Shown in pieces: positions 48,936 through 62,560 of a DNA stretch of 64,000 bases. Each line of letters opens with the position of its first letter. Within the stretch, counting starts at the first letter, position 1. The translations under genes and the position numbers were made by a program. This DNA is from Callorhinchus milii. Lineage: Eukaryota. The notes beneath the pieces are model-generated. The model did not search any database. It was not told the DNA's origin and was given only the letters and a program-made list of their open reading frames with translations. The stretch is taken from NCBI RefSeq assembly GCF_018977255.1, contig NW_024704743.1, positions 104,844,001 to 104,908,000 on the forward strand. Direction: 5' to 3'.

Positions 48936-50956
48936 ATGAAAATAATAATAATTCTTGCATTTGATTTTGTGCCTTATCGTGTTGTCAGAATGTGTCAAAG
49001 TGCTTAACAGGTTATTGCTATAATGATCGTATTCTGTAGGTGAAGAATGTATACTATATACATAAACTGGCAGGACCATTTTCGTTTCAATTTTAAGACA
49101 GCACAGAATTGTAGAAAATTCTTCAATTCAGTCTTAATTTGGAGGTCCTTTTTTATTAAGGATGGCATAGGACCGAGCATCCAAATTAACACTGACTTAA
49201 GAATTTTCCAAAAATTTGCACAATTTTTAACTTCAAAACAATATGGTCTTACAGCCTAAGACATGGCAAGATTTCAGACCTCCAATACATGTCATTCGAT
49301 GAAGAATGAATGGACTCTCTAAATGAATCAACTGTGACACCTATGTTCGGCAGAGAATAGAATTAACAAACCCTTGAAAGTGTAAACATCTTTTCATAAT
49401 AAAATAATAATAATCCTTGCATTTGATACAACGCTTTTCATGTCTTCTAGATATCTCAAAGCGCTTCACAGAATATACTGTAAAGTGAATTGACTGTATA
49501 TTTGTGGGCAAAACGCAGTTTTAACATATTTGTTAGTTACACACTGATTTCACACATAATAATTTCCTCCTGTTTAATATGGTCCATTCAATATTGTTAT
49601 CAAAAAGGGGAAGAATCCGATCTGTAAAGAAGTTATTGTGTGGTTCTGAATTTTCCAATTTATTTGGTTATAAAAGTTTTTTCTGTATTGTCCCAGTGGA
49701 TGTTAAGAGTTTTGCACTTGAATGCATTAATAAATACACAATTTATGCAGAAAGTAATGCATATGAAGACGTTAATTTGTTTTGTTGTATTCAAGTTTTC
49801 TAATTTTCAAGAGCTACAGAAATCAGTATTTATTGTGTTATATTGTGTATAATCTTCAGCTACTACCAAATTATAATCAGAATACTTGGCCAGTTTGTAA
49901 TGCGCTCTGCATTCATAGGGCAAAGAAACACAACCAACTGTGAGAGATGTTGAATTGTGTCATTTAGGTGTCACCCTTGCTCAGTTGGTAGCAGAGTTGT
50001 TTCTAAAGTTGTGGATTCAAGCCTCGCATCTCTAGTTGAGCTCATAGTTCCAGGCAGACACTCCAGTGCCATCGACCAGATGTGCAGTTTGAAATTTAGC
50101 TCAGTGCCCAGCAGACTGCCAATGTGCTGTGGCCTGAACAAGCAGCCAGGAGGCTGTTAGAATGAATACCAGTGGCTGAGGTCCTGGCAAAGTAAAGCTA
50201 TCAGGAAATATGGAGAAAAAAACAGTAAATAGGATTACATGACCTGACATGATTAGTTGCAGAAATGGCTCAGTGGGCTGAATGACTCCTTCTGCTCTAT
50301 GTATCTACTATGAGTTAGATGTCTTGTATTTTGCATTGAGATTAATAGTAACATTGTAGTATTTCAGTGATTCTGGCTAACCATCACTGCATGGAGTGGG
50401 GTTCAGGCTCAAATTCATGTTTGATAGGCATAGAGGGACAGAATTTCACTTGGATTCAGATATGCTTGACATCCTTAGTGTTTCAGGTCATCTCAAATGT
50501 GGCAGATTTGTAATATCAACCTTAGGTTTGAGGACGGGTTTCATTAAGTTATTTTAAGAACAACAGAAAAACAACTTCAAAGTTCAGGCAGAATTCAACA
50601 ATTTGTCGAATTCTGGAAGCTCTAAAATATTAAGAAAATAGAGCAAGTCTAAACCTAGGTAGAATTTCTCACCAGATACAAGTTTAATCCTTTCTGGAGA
50701 CAGACGAGGGTCAATAAGAACTGAGTCACCTGGATGTTCATTTCTTAGAATTACCGGACAAAAAAATTGACTGGTTTTGTTATTTTGTTTTCATCGCCTT
50801 GGGACGTCCTTCTAATGTGAAAGGAGCTATATAAATGTAAAAATGTAAAAATAATTGTTATTCCATCAAAAATTCTATATATTCATTGGAGCCATTTTTA
50901 ATTTGCCAAATTTTTCTAAGTCTACATTTAATTTGAATTTACTAAAACAGCAGTAG

Positions 50957-51268
50957 TAATAATAATAATCCTTGCATTTGATATAGCACTTTTCACGTCT
51001 TCGCGACTTCTCAAAGCGCTTCACAGAATATGCTGTAAAGTGAATTGACTGTATATTTGTGGGCGAAACGCAGCAGCCAATTGCACACAGCAGTGTCCAA
51101 CAAACATTCGTGGATTGAAAATGACCAATTTATTTTTGGTTTTTTTGGAGAGATTATTATTAGGCGTGTAGAGTAAGGAAACTTGCCCAAGGTTTAGCCC
51201 TGCCTGGAAATGAACCCAGGTGTCTCGCCTGCAAGGCGAGTGCTCTAACCACTGAGCTACAGGACTCC
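50957..51268 (-). mobile_element. Young tRNA-derived SINE, full length
   Basis: Complete from the GGAGTCCTGTAGCTCAGTGG head to the (ATT)n tail. Confidence 0.93.
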
Positions 51269-51914
51269 ACCAGTACAGTACCAGTAACCAGTACATCTAC
51301 AGCTCCCAGCGGGTCAATGAAGGACTGCATATATGTAATTGGTTTTACAGTCAATTAACCTCTGCTTCATACGCAACAATTTCATTAATAGTGTTTCATT
51401 TTAAGAAAGCTCCTCCCCCCCACATAAAGAATGACTGTAATATAATGAATATACATTATAAATCCTCACCACAATATTGTGGGGAAAAATAGTAATATTG
51501 ACTGTCTTACTGGGGAATCATCCTCGTGAGGTACTCGTTCCTCTGGGTCTACAATAATACTTGTGCTGGGACCCCGAGGAAAGTGTACTATAATAATGAG
51601 GCCCCATCAGATTTTTATAGCATTAATTGGGTTATGCCTTTGAATGATCATTTATAACTCTCTTCAAATTTAGATTGTTAAGATAGCATGTATCACCATA
51701 AGAAGTAAGAAAATATTTGCACAATGCAGTGCTATTTACCACACTTTCTTTGAATATTTTGTCTTAAGATCATAAGCAAGCCGTAGAACACAGTTGGAAT
51801 GCTGTGTGCTGATGTAGTTCAGAAAACGCATGATCTAAGCAGATGATTCTTACCTTTAGGCTCAGTGCTCTGGATTTAATAGTCAGTGGGAGGAGTTTAA
51901 TAATTAACATGGAG

Positions 51915-51986
51915 ACAGTTACAAGTGCCGAAAAATTTACAACCGAGACTGATCTCAGTTGTAAATTCTTTGGCACTTGTAACTGT
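51915..51986. repeat. 72-bp palindrome (probable mariner-type MITE)
   Basis: 34-bp arms with 3 mismatches and a 4-nt spacer; CAGTT...AACTG ends, with a TA right flank. Confidence 0.8.
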
Positions 51987-52869
51987 ATAGCCATAGGGCT
52001 CCACAAGGCTAAATTGGTGCAATGTGACTGTGGAGAAAAATGAAGCTGTAACTTTTGTAAACCGTAATAATAATAATAATCCTTCATTTGATATAGTGCC
52101 TCCTCGCAGACAGGTACTGGTTATTTTATGCAGCATGCATACTACATACTTTTGAAGTCAGAATTGGCATGATCTTGACAGAAACTTGCAACCAAATGGA
52201 GATGTAATCTAAACTGGAGCTATGATGCTCAGGTCATTTCATGAGCAAAGTGATTCACACTTACGTGGTAAATGCATGGTGGATGGTAAGAGAGGAGCAA
52301 AAGGTTCCTTCCTCCAGCCATGATATAATAGAATGGCAGAACAGGCTCAAGGCGCTGAATGGCCTACTCCTGTTCCTCTGTTCCTGTCCTTGTTTTGATT
52401 TTCAGATCCCTCTATCTCTGCATAACTGTGCAGTCTTCTCCAAACCCAGGTGCCTGTCCATAACCTTTCCTCTCCTGAATTTGCTCTACTGCTTGTTCCT
52501 CACTCCTTTTATCCCACTATCGGTGTCAAGTCTTCAACAACAACAACAGCAACTTGGATTGAAATAGCGCCCTCCACGCCGGACGGCCACTGCTCTCTGG
52601 ATCGCTTTTCCACAAACCTTTCACATTTGACTTGTGCAATGGCCTTCAACAACCTCTTGCAAATGTATCCCTTTGATTACCTGGGATCAACACAACCAAA
52701 CTCCTTCAACGAGCCTCGCCTCCATGCTCAGTGACCCTCAATATTATATGAAGCCTTTTAAGAAGCTTATCCTACATGAAAAACACACTATAAGTGATAG
52801 TTGTTATTGTTAATTTGTGTCACAATGGTACATTGCATAAAAGATATCCTGCATGTGTTCCAACGCCGT

Positions 52870-53300
52870 AGGAAATATAGGAAAACAGGAACAGGAGGAG
52901 GCCCTTCAACCCATTGAACTTGTTCCACCAATTTTAGATTTTGGCAAATCTTTTAATCCCAATGCTCTGCCCTTTTTCCATTAACTTTATAATACCTCAA
53001 CTACCTAAGTATCTATCCTTATTGATTCCACTGTTACAATTTTCTGGGGCAGAACATTCTACATCTTCAGAAATCCTGTGTGTGAAGAAATGCTTCCTGA
53101 CTTCAGTTCTAAACATCTTTGCTCTGATTTTAAGGCTATGGCCCTTGTATAACGGATCCCGCCAACAAAGGGAAGAGTCATCCAGTATCCAACCTGCCAT
53201 TTCCTTTCAATAGTTTAAATACTGCAATTGAGTCACGTCTTAACCTTTTCTACTCTAAGGAATATAACTAGTCTATCCAACTTCTCAAAATCAAACTATT
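52870..53300 (-). mobile_element. CR1 3' end fragment
   Basis: GHSLKIRAKMFRTEVRKHFFTHRI and the ggaacaggaggaggcccttcaaccc tail. Confidence 0.85.
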
Positions 53301-53745
53301 TGCTCCTTGTCACTTATTGCTAATATCTTTATGAGAGACTGTCTTGAAATGCTATTCAACCACTGCTGCTGCATATGGATTACTAAAGCAATGGTATTTC
53401 ACAAAGCATTTATCATTTTTTCCAAACTCTTGTGCATAGAAAAAGGACACGACACCACACAAATTTTCCCAGCTTCAGCATCCACCGATTAATATTCAAA
53501 CACTCCACATATAGCACAATTAACATGCCATTAATCTTTGTTCACCATCACCAGACTTACAAGTGCAGTGTTGAATATTTAATTATTCTGTGATCACTGG
53601 TCATGGAAGGTCACTTCAAGACTAAGAAAACATACGTGTGGGGACAAAAAGGCTTTGTGTGCTGTGAAGTACTGGGGAAATTCAACACTGATTCTATAGT
53701 TTCATGAAGCAAAGAGCATTTGTGATCTGCTTCACAAAACAATTA

Positions 53746-54068
53746 CAGTAAATCCCTAGCTTGCTGGACTCGGGGCATACAGAATTCGAACCTAGCCAGA
53801 CCAGGCTCGGAACCGAAAAATTAAAAAGAATTTCTGCGGGACGTCGGGTGGACTGCCACCAGCTCACACTCCTAGCACGTGCCAAGTAGTGCAGAGCAGC
53901 CCCACATAATTTTTTTCCCCACCTCATCGTCTTTGCTAGATTTCATGGTGGCCAGGGATATCGACTTTGATTCAAATTGTTTGAATTCCGTGAGCAGAAG
54001 CTAGCTTGTTCGTGCTTAAAAAAAAGCACAGTGCCAAAAAAAGCCGGTGAATGCTGGGGCTGCTATTG
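53746..54068. mobile_element. Putative non-autonomous Tc1/mariner-type element
   Basis: TA|cagtaaatccctagcttgctggact ... aagccggtgaatgctggggctgctattg|TA degenerate inverted ends with a CpG-richer interior. Confidence 0.4.
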
Positions 54069-54183
54069 TAACTACACAATTTCGCCCACAAAATATAGTC
54101 AATTCACTTTACAGTATATTCTGTGAAGCGCTTTGAGACGTCTCGAAGATGTGATAAAGCGCAAATGCAAGGATTATTATTCT

Positions 54184-54257
54184 TACACAACCAGAAATTC
54201 TGGCTCACCAGACTGGATCTTTCTTCCATTAGTCCAGCCAACAGGAAGTTATCTGTA
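54184..54257. mobile_element. Second copy of the short MITE at 16799
   Basis: gaaattctggctcaccagactggatct...attagtccagccaacaggaag matches 16811-16885. Confidence 0.6.
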
Positions 54258-55600
54258 TTGTACTTTGTGTGTTAACACAGAGTTTGAGGCAGCAATATAA
54301 AGCAGCTTTGCACTTTAAAGATTTACTCTATTTCTCTGCAAGAAATTAATGTTAAAAGGTCATCCAGATTTCATTCATAATTCTGACCAAAATTAGTAAG
54401 ATTAAGTCTTCATATTGCAATATAATAGTTGTGGTCCTGGAGGGAAAAATGAGACTTTTCATAACAGATTTGATGTGACAATCATTACATCAAATCTGAT
54501 ATGAAATGATGCATTTTGGAAACACTTGTGTGCACTCAATTCCGTATAGTAATTTTTTAGAAAAGACTAAATTATGCAATGTGCAAGATGATGTTAGAAA
54601 TTGGACTAAATCGTTCAAAGGAATTGAAACAATGTCAATATAATTTTAGCATGAGTCTGAACCACCAGAATAGGAGACCCAATGGGCAGTTTAATATTTC
54701 ATCCAAAAAGTCGGCATCTCCAGAAATCCATCAATTCTTGTATCACTGACACTAACTTTTATTGTAAAGGTAAATCGTTCCAGGATTGGGATTTTTTTCC
54801 AGTGAATCAATTCCTTGAGCAAAGTCCATTTCCAAAAAATCTCACGGAGTCTCCCATGTTGACAGTTAAAGAATGTTCCTAGTGCAGCACACATAACATC
54901 TCTTTTTCTGTGTTTTTTTTTCTTAGTTCTTAATCAAAGAGAAAAGAACAAAATGGGATCAGTAACCCTCTGATGCTCTTGGGTTTCTCACTGGCTGTGT
55001 TTGTGTCTATAAACCTAGTAACCCCACCTGGAGCACATTTGCTCTCTCTCTCACTCTCTCTCTTCCCTTTAAGTTTCTCCTGTTACCTTCTGAGCAGATA
55101 CTGTTGGGTATGAATTAATGACTGGCCTTAACTCTTTGATAACTTGCACAAAAAACTGCTTTTAATCTAATTACCCTAGATAGAGACCATCAGTGGATTA
55201 TTCAAGCATGTCATTACAGCACATCTAACTCCATTCACACCCAATATCCACAAATATATCTCCAATGAAGTTTGCTGGATAATGAACAGAAGCAGGAGCC
55301 ATCACTTTTTGGAAGATTTTGCACTGTTTAAGACATTTTGAGTCCATGGGCTCTTTAACAGGCTTTTTGTGTTGCACTGATGCCACCTGGAGTGCAAATA
55401 TAATGTGAAACTCCTTGTACAGCAAAGCCAAGTAAGATTATACCATGAATAGCAGAAACATTTACTGAAACAGAATCTAGACTAAGAATGCTGACCAAAT
55501 AATAATGTGGTCACTCAATCCACGACTGTTTGTGGGACACTGCTGCCGCGTTTCGTCCACAAAATACACAGTCAATTCAGTTTACATTATATTCTGTGAG

Positions 55601-55739
55601 GCGGTTTGAGACATCTCGAAGATGTGATAAAATGCTATATCAAATGCAAGGATTATATTATTTCAGTGTGGCGGTTTGAGACATCTCGAAGATGGATAAA
55701 ATGCTATATCAAATGCAAGGATTATATTATTTCAGTGTG
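55601..55739 (+). repeat. Tandem duplication of about 70 bp covering a SINE tail plus flank
   Basis: 55601-55670 is repeated at 55671-55739 with one 1-bp indel. Confidence 0.9.
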
Positions 55740-56424
55740 ATACTGAAGGATTGTTGGATTGCTGGAGATGCCAACTCTGGATGAAATGTTAAACTGCCCA
55801 TTGGGTTTCCCATTCTGGTGGTAGAGGCATATGTTTAAAAAATGTCTTAACATTGTTTCAAAGAGCGAGAAGTTCTCGAGGTGTTGTGGAAAATAATGCT
55901 CCATAATCTGAATTCAACAAAAGCCAGCCTCAGAAGTCATTCCGATCAGTGCATTTTTGGGACATCAAGCCACAATTTTGCCACCACACTTGCTCTGGTT
56001 CAAATAACAATTTATTATATCAAGTGCTTTGTGATGTAGTAAGTGTTAAGTCTCTTTATTATCATTTATTACTAGAAAGTTTGCTAGTGTCAAGTGTACG
56101 ACTATTGACAAGCATAGGAATAATCAATAGTTTAATTGAGGAAAGGGAACCTGAATTAAAAAAATCTTTGAAGGTTTGCCTCTTAAACGCTTTTTAGTGC
56201 TTCCAAAGGTAACACTGCCCTCTAAAGGTAGAGTGCTTCATCAACCATTAGGAGACGAGTAAATTCAGTTCATTTTCTGAACAGAAAATGGCTAGATTAA
56301 AATAATATAATAACAGTAATCATTGTACTTGATACAGCTACTTGTCGAAATGCCTCAAAGTGCTTCAGAGGATTTTACTATAAAGTGTAGTGACTGTATT
56401 TGAGGGCCAATAAAGAATCATTAG

Positions 56425-56741
56425 TAATAATAATAATAATAATCCTTGCATTTGATATAGCGCTTTTCACGTTTTCTAGATGTCCCAAAGCGCTTCACAG
56501 AATATACTGTAAAGTGAATTGACTGCATATTTGTGGGTGAACGTGGCAGTCAATTGCGCACAGCAATGTCCCACAAACAGTTGTAGATTGAAAATAACCA
56601 ATTTATTATTGGTTTTTTTTTGGAGGGATTATCATTAGGTGTGTGGAGTAAGGAAACTTGCCCAAGGTTTCACCCTGCCTGGAATTGAACTCAGGTCTCT
56701 CACTTGCAAAGCGAGTGCTCTAACCACTGAGCTACAGGACT
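56425..56741 (-). mobile_element. Young tRNA-derived SINE, full length
   Basis: Head-to-tail match to 62561-62883. Confidence 0.93.
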
Positions 56742-58664
56742 ATAGCATGAGGTGCTTTACAATGATGTGAATTTTTTTAAACTTCTTAAGATGCAAAAAA
56801 ACAGCTATTGTTACCTTTGAGACACAATAAAACCTAGCTGAGAACCAAAAAACCTGTCACCAACTGGAAAAATGCCTCTTCGTGAAACCTGTCATGGCTA
56901 TTCAAACACAATTTACTGGGCGTTGCCACCACATAGTATAATAGTAATAATATATAATAATCCTTGCACTTGATATAACGCCTTATCACGTCTTAGAGAC
57001 ATCTCAAAATATCTGTCCTTTCAGGACTTTTAGAATATCACAGTGGCATGAATGTTGGTGGAAGGCAGTTACTAACATAAATGCTTATATAATAATAATA
57101 ATCCTTGAATTTGATATAGTGCTTTTCCCGTCTTCTAGACGTCTCAAAGCGCTTCACAGAATATACTGTAAAGTGAATTGACTGCATTTTTGTGGGCAAA
57201 ACGCAGCAGCCAATTACTTTTCATTCAAAGACCTTCCTGTCACAAAACCTCTCATGGCATTGTTGCTGCAACCATGCCCTGTGCTCTCACCTCAACCTAA
57301 AATGCTTGGCTATGTCCTCTCGACATGAACGACACTATATAAACTTAAATTGTTGTTGTTGTAAAATAGTACACCTGGAGATTGAACCTTTTTACTATGC
57401 TCCTGAGCATACAGTTTAAGGGCACGTAGGTGAACCGATGAATCTAACCCACGGCCAACCTTGTTGACCCTGTCAGTCTGAGTAGCAGATTAAATGAACT
57501 TAAAAACTCCCTTTACAATGCACAACAATTCTGCTGCTCCCCATACCTTTGGTATCATGACACGGGCTGCTGTCCCTCAATATGATCTACATGAAATACA
57601 ATTCTCTCCTGAACAAGTTATCCCTTTGTTTCTGGACTGCCTGTTTTCGAGCAATAAGGTAGAGGTCTCATCTTATCCCTGCCATGGGCTAAATATTTGC
57701 TTTAAAAATTCCAGACACATACCAGGACCTCCTGTACTAACATTTGCACATTTCTGCCCTATTTCTTTTATTGTGTAGTTCATCCTCACCATAAAAATAA
57801 GCTCCAGGTTCAGATCTTTTTCATCCATGATAGTAGTTGACGGATTTAATACTCTCAAGCAGATTCTATCTTGTTCAAAAAATACCTCTTTCTACCTGAG
57901 TGAAGTCTGTCTGCCAGTTCCTGGGGAAACCTGAATTATGAGGCCAAGTGTGTTGCGAGCAGTGAGCCGTCTGATATAGATTATGCTGATAATCCAAAGC
58001 ACAATGTGCAGCCTTCAAGAAGTCAGGCAGCAGCAGGTTGGTTTCCAGACAGGAACATAAGATGTTCTTATCACAGTCTGAATCTAAGAAAATTCTTTGC
58101 TATAAATGTAGTGAGTCTATCATCCCTTCTTCTGATCTATGAAAAAAAGATTCACTGATTACACGTAGTCCCAGTTGGACCATCGTAAGTGTGAGCAGAA
58201 ACTTTGCTTAATCTGGAGCACATAAGTAGGCAATGGGATGTCTACGCGGAAACAGACGATACACAAAGGTCATGGATATCATATAGTTAATTTTAGCCTT
58301 ATTGTCAGGGTTAATGATAATCGTTGCTCCTCATCACATTATTGAGATGTCTCCGAACACCTCACAGAAGTTACTGTGAAGCCTAGTGACTGTGTACCTG
58401 TAGGTGAACTTGGAAGCCGATTTGTGCACAGCAGTGTCCCAAAAACAGCCATGAAGTGAATGACCAATTTTATCTTGGAGCTTGTTGGTCAGGACAGGGA
58501 GAACGATAACGCACAATAAAGAGATCTTGTTAGAGTGTTTCCTAAAAACACAGTAGAATCTTAACTTGAGTTTTGGAAGATGTGGAAGTTCTGTGAAGAC
58601 TCACTCATTAGAAGAGTTAGTCAATCAGAAAAGCAAAAGTTATTTCAATGATGACGAGGAGCAC

Positions 58665-58900
58665 AATACAATACAAAATTACATTTGTATAGGGCCTTTC
58701 ACATGGGAAGACGTCCCAAGGTGCTGGACAGTCAGGGATTTGGACCCAGACAGGGGGGAGGTTGGGATCAGGGATGGTAGGAGGGCAGCCAAAAGCACGG
58801 TCGAAGAGGACCTTGAGACGTGCCTTGAAGGTGGCAAGGGAGGGAGTATGGTGAAGAGAGTGTGGGATAGAGTTCCAAAGGGTGGAAGCAAAGAAGCTGA
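58665..58900 (-). mobile_element. L2 3' end fragment
   Basis: FSFFASTLWNSIPHSL...FKARLKVLFDRAF plus the tail. Confidence 0.85.
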
Positions 58901-61900
58901 AGCACACATCCAAAGTGGGTTCCACCACAAGTGCAATTGTGAAGGACACATCTGAGCAGGGCTAGTGCAACTCCAAGATAAGTGATATTTCAAAAGTGAT
59001 TTGATAAAGCCACCATTCGATCTCAAAGATCAAAGTTACGTCAGTGTAATTGACTGAGTTACAGAGGCTGTATGATGGAATTTAATACACATAAGAAAGC
59101 CTTGAGCTCCCTAACTATTAAAGGGTGCTATCAGGGAGAGCTGGATGGTTGAAAGGCACATGTGGGTGAGTGAGGTGTTGCAAGATACTTGAAAATTACT
59201 TGATTCAAATGTATGTCTGGAGAAAAAAAATGAACTATTTGGAATAAAGTTGGAGTTGAAAAGTAGAATTGAAAGATTATTCTGATAAAAGGAACATCCT
59301 TCTGAGTACGTCTACTGTTGTATATAAGAATGGTGTACAATTTGGGCGTATTTTACTTGATTTTCTCATTTCATTCTCAGCAAGATATTCCATTCCAAAC
59401 ATTTCTGTTATTTCAACGCATTAAAGAGTGATGATAGCTCTTTTAGAGAAACTACACAGTTAAACTGTGTGTATACCCAGGCCAGTTTCAAAGGAAAGCT
59501 CGTTTCAAGAGATTTACGAATTTATGCAGGCTAATTAACCACAGTGCTTAGGGGAAAACCAATTAGAAAAATAGAATCCGACATCTATTAAAATAAAGCC
59601 CACAATGACACTATATTCTTATTTGATGTGGGACTTGACTGTACTCCTTGTGGACTTATGTGTCCAAAGATGCCTTGCTGCATGTGCCATCTTAGACTGG
59701 TTGTGGTGGATCAATGATCGATTGTCGCTGGCATTACAGTTTCAACAGATATGGAAAACTTGTTATTCGAGGATATACACAGAATCATAACAACCAAAAA
59801 AATGCAAAGCCACCCAGTGCCACTTCAACCTTACCTGGTGCTAACTGCAGCCCTTCCTGTGCAATCTATACATCTGCAAAAGCAGGTACCTCTCTCGATC
59901 CAACCTGTAAGACAGAGAAAGCCTGGAAGGTGTCGAGACATTTCTCACGATTCAGCAACCAAGTGATCACACAGTGTTCTGATTGGGAATTCCACTGTCC
60001 CATCTACCTTTGACATGTGGGTAGATATATATGAAGTAACCTCTGACCATTGAACATGTTGACCTACAATGTGCAGAAGTAAAAGCCTGCGACTCCAGAA
60101 AGTGACAGCGCTAATAATTCCTTTACTACTGCCTTTACAGGGATTGATAACAGGGCAACCCCATTATAATGTGATTGTCTGGGTCCTATATCTCAAACAC
60201 GCATTATAACAGTGTGTGTAAATGGCTAACTACTGGGCCAAAGGTCACTGCTGACATTACTTTCTGTGCAATTAACATGCATGCAGTATGCCACTGATCT
60301 CACTTCCTACACGCTGCACAGGGTGTTCAGGAAACGATATAAGCAAAGGTGAACTGCTGACCTGGAAGATTAGCCTTTTTTTAAGCACAGGATGCCAGCT
60401 AGTCACCACTGAAAAAATAGGTGTATTTTGCATCTTGTATGATGGACTTATGTTCTAAACGAACCCTTGAAATGTATAAGATTCATCATTCACAATGAAG
60501 CTTTGATGAATATGTGCATGCTCAAATGTTTAGTTAATTCATCAGTGCTTCCCATTTTGGTTGATTTAAGTAAACAAGGATTTAATCATCTTTGCAATTG
60601 TAGTTTTTGCTGTCTTTTTTATTTGAACTGCAATTATGGGCAGATAAATCATCACAATTAGTCTGACTGTATATTGCTCAATGTTTCTCTTGTTCAATCT
60701 CTTTGATAATATGCCTTTCCACAAATGTAATAATCCTTGCATTTGATATAGTGTCTTATCATGTCAAAACATCTCAAAGTGCTTTACAAAGTTTATCTGT
60801 AAAGTGAGTGACTGTGTATTTGGTGGCTTATAGGTTTATTATTCACAGAGAAGGCTCTAAATAAATCCCTAAACTCAATGCTGCCCAAAGCAACAAACCT
60901 TTTTCTCATTATAACAAAGGGTTATTGAAAATGTGCAGAAACCAGTTTGAAGGAACCCTAAGGAATTTCAAGAACCCTTGAGAGGATGCCAAGCAGTTTC
61001 ACAGACAGTACTGTTGGTAAAGGCTGATGCAGCAAATTTTCTTAGGTCCGTCAATAACAACTGGAATTTCTCTTGTGCAACCTGATGAGTTGAGGAGCTA
61101 ACAATAAACACCCCAATGAGCCTCAGTAAAGTACTGGTTGAGTTGCGAACTAAGTTAGCCCTCAGAGTGGAACTGATTCTGATTTATCTGAAGTTTTATC
61201 CGGTTAATATAGTGGAGTCCATCTTGTCCCTGAGGAAGGATTCCTTTCGCCAAGTTACATGGATGTTGCACCAAGATTGATTCACCTTACTTGATTTTAT
61301 TTTGTCATAAATATTTTGGGATTTTTCCTACCTATGGTGCTTTTTNGGTTCTCTGGGCATCAAAATCAAATGTGAAAGGAATGCTAAAAACAAAAATTCT
61401 GCAGGTCTTGGAATGTGTAGTAGAAGTACTACAGTGTAGTAGAAATGTCCACATTTTCCATAGGTGCAGTTTTGATACATTTATTATGATCAGCACCAGC
61501 AGATTGTTATAATCTACGACTTCCATTATTTGAGTAAATGTGCACCCACAAAACACACAGTGACTGCATTTTACAGTATTTTTCTGCGAGGTGCTTTGGG
61601 GCATCCTTCCGACATGAAAGACGCTATATCAAATGTAAAGATTATTATAAATCTATTTGAATGTTCAGATTCAATGGAATACAATCTGCCTTCCTTGAAC
61701 ATCACACAATGACACTTCAGTGTTCAGATCTCTACCCATCATGTTCCTCAACAGAAATTGAACTGGGGAAGAGGTCAGCCCACAAATTCATGTAATCCCC
61801 CTTGTATAGGATCCGAGCATCCGCTATTAAGATCATGGACCTTGATGTTCTTGGTTAGTAATATTTACTCAACTGTAACTGTGCACTACTCCAGATACAC

Positions 61901-62560
61901 CACAACCACAGTACATTATTCCATATTTGTGTGTGTATGTGCATGTGTCAGGGTAGAAAATAAAACTCTAATCTGAATATCACTGACAATCTGCAAATAC
62001 TCCTCCACGGTTCTGAACAACTGCTGGCCTTCATCAATAGTGGTCCTACTCGAATAAATGCAATTGTAAATATATTGCTCAACAAACTGATTTAATCTTC
62101 CCACAGGATTTTTCTTTAACTTTATTGCATACATTAGATATCATATTAATTTAAATTCTTGTAAAAAGTTACATTGCACATACAATTTTATTGTGGACGG
62201 TGGCAATGTTATTTCCCTATCCTCGCTAATTTCCCATCTCATTTTTCCTTTCTATGAGGGTTCAATTTCATGGGCAACAGTCCTCTGCCGGTACCTTTAC
62301 CCAAGGGACCACTAAACAATGGGAGAGCTTGAGGTTACGTTTTTAAACCAAGGCATTGTTGAGCCAGGAAAGGAGGAAGGTTAAAAAATAGTTGACAATA
62401 AAATCATGGTAGATGATCCAAAAACAATTTGTAGTATGTTTCCCTATTTTTTCCAGCTGTCCAAATTTCAAGTACATTCAGTCCATATCTCCAGTAAACA
62501 AATGGATTGTCTACTCAAATATCACTGACAACTATGACGCTCCTTAGTGTTTATATGTGT

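Noticed and set aside
61082..61120. CTGATGA as another hammerhead core
   Set aside because: No stem II or GAAA follows.
61346..61346. Single N base
   Set aside because: An assembly ambiguity or gap marker, not a biological feature; local continuity is uncertain.
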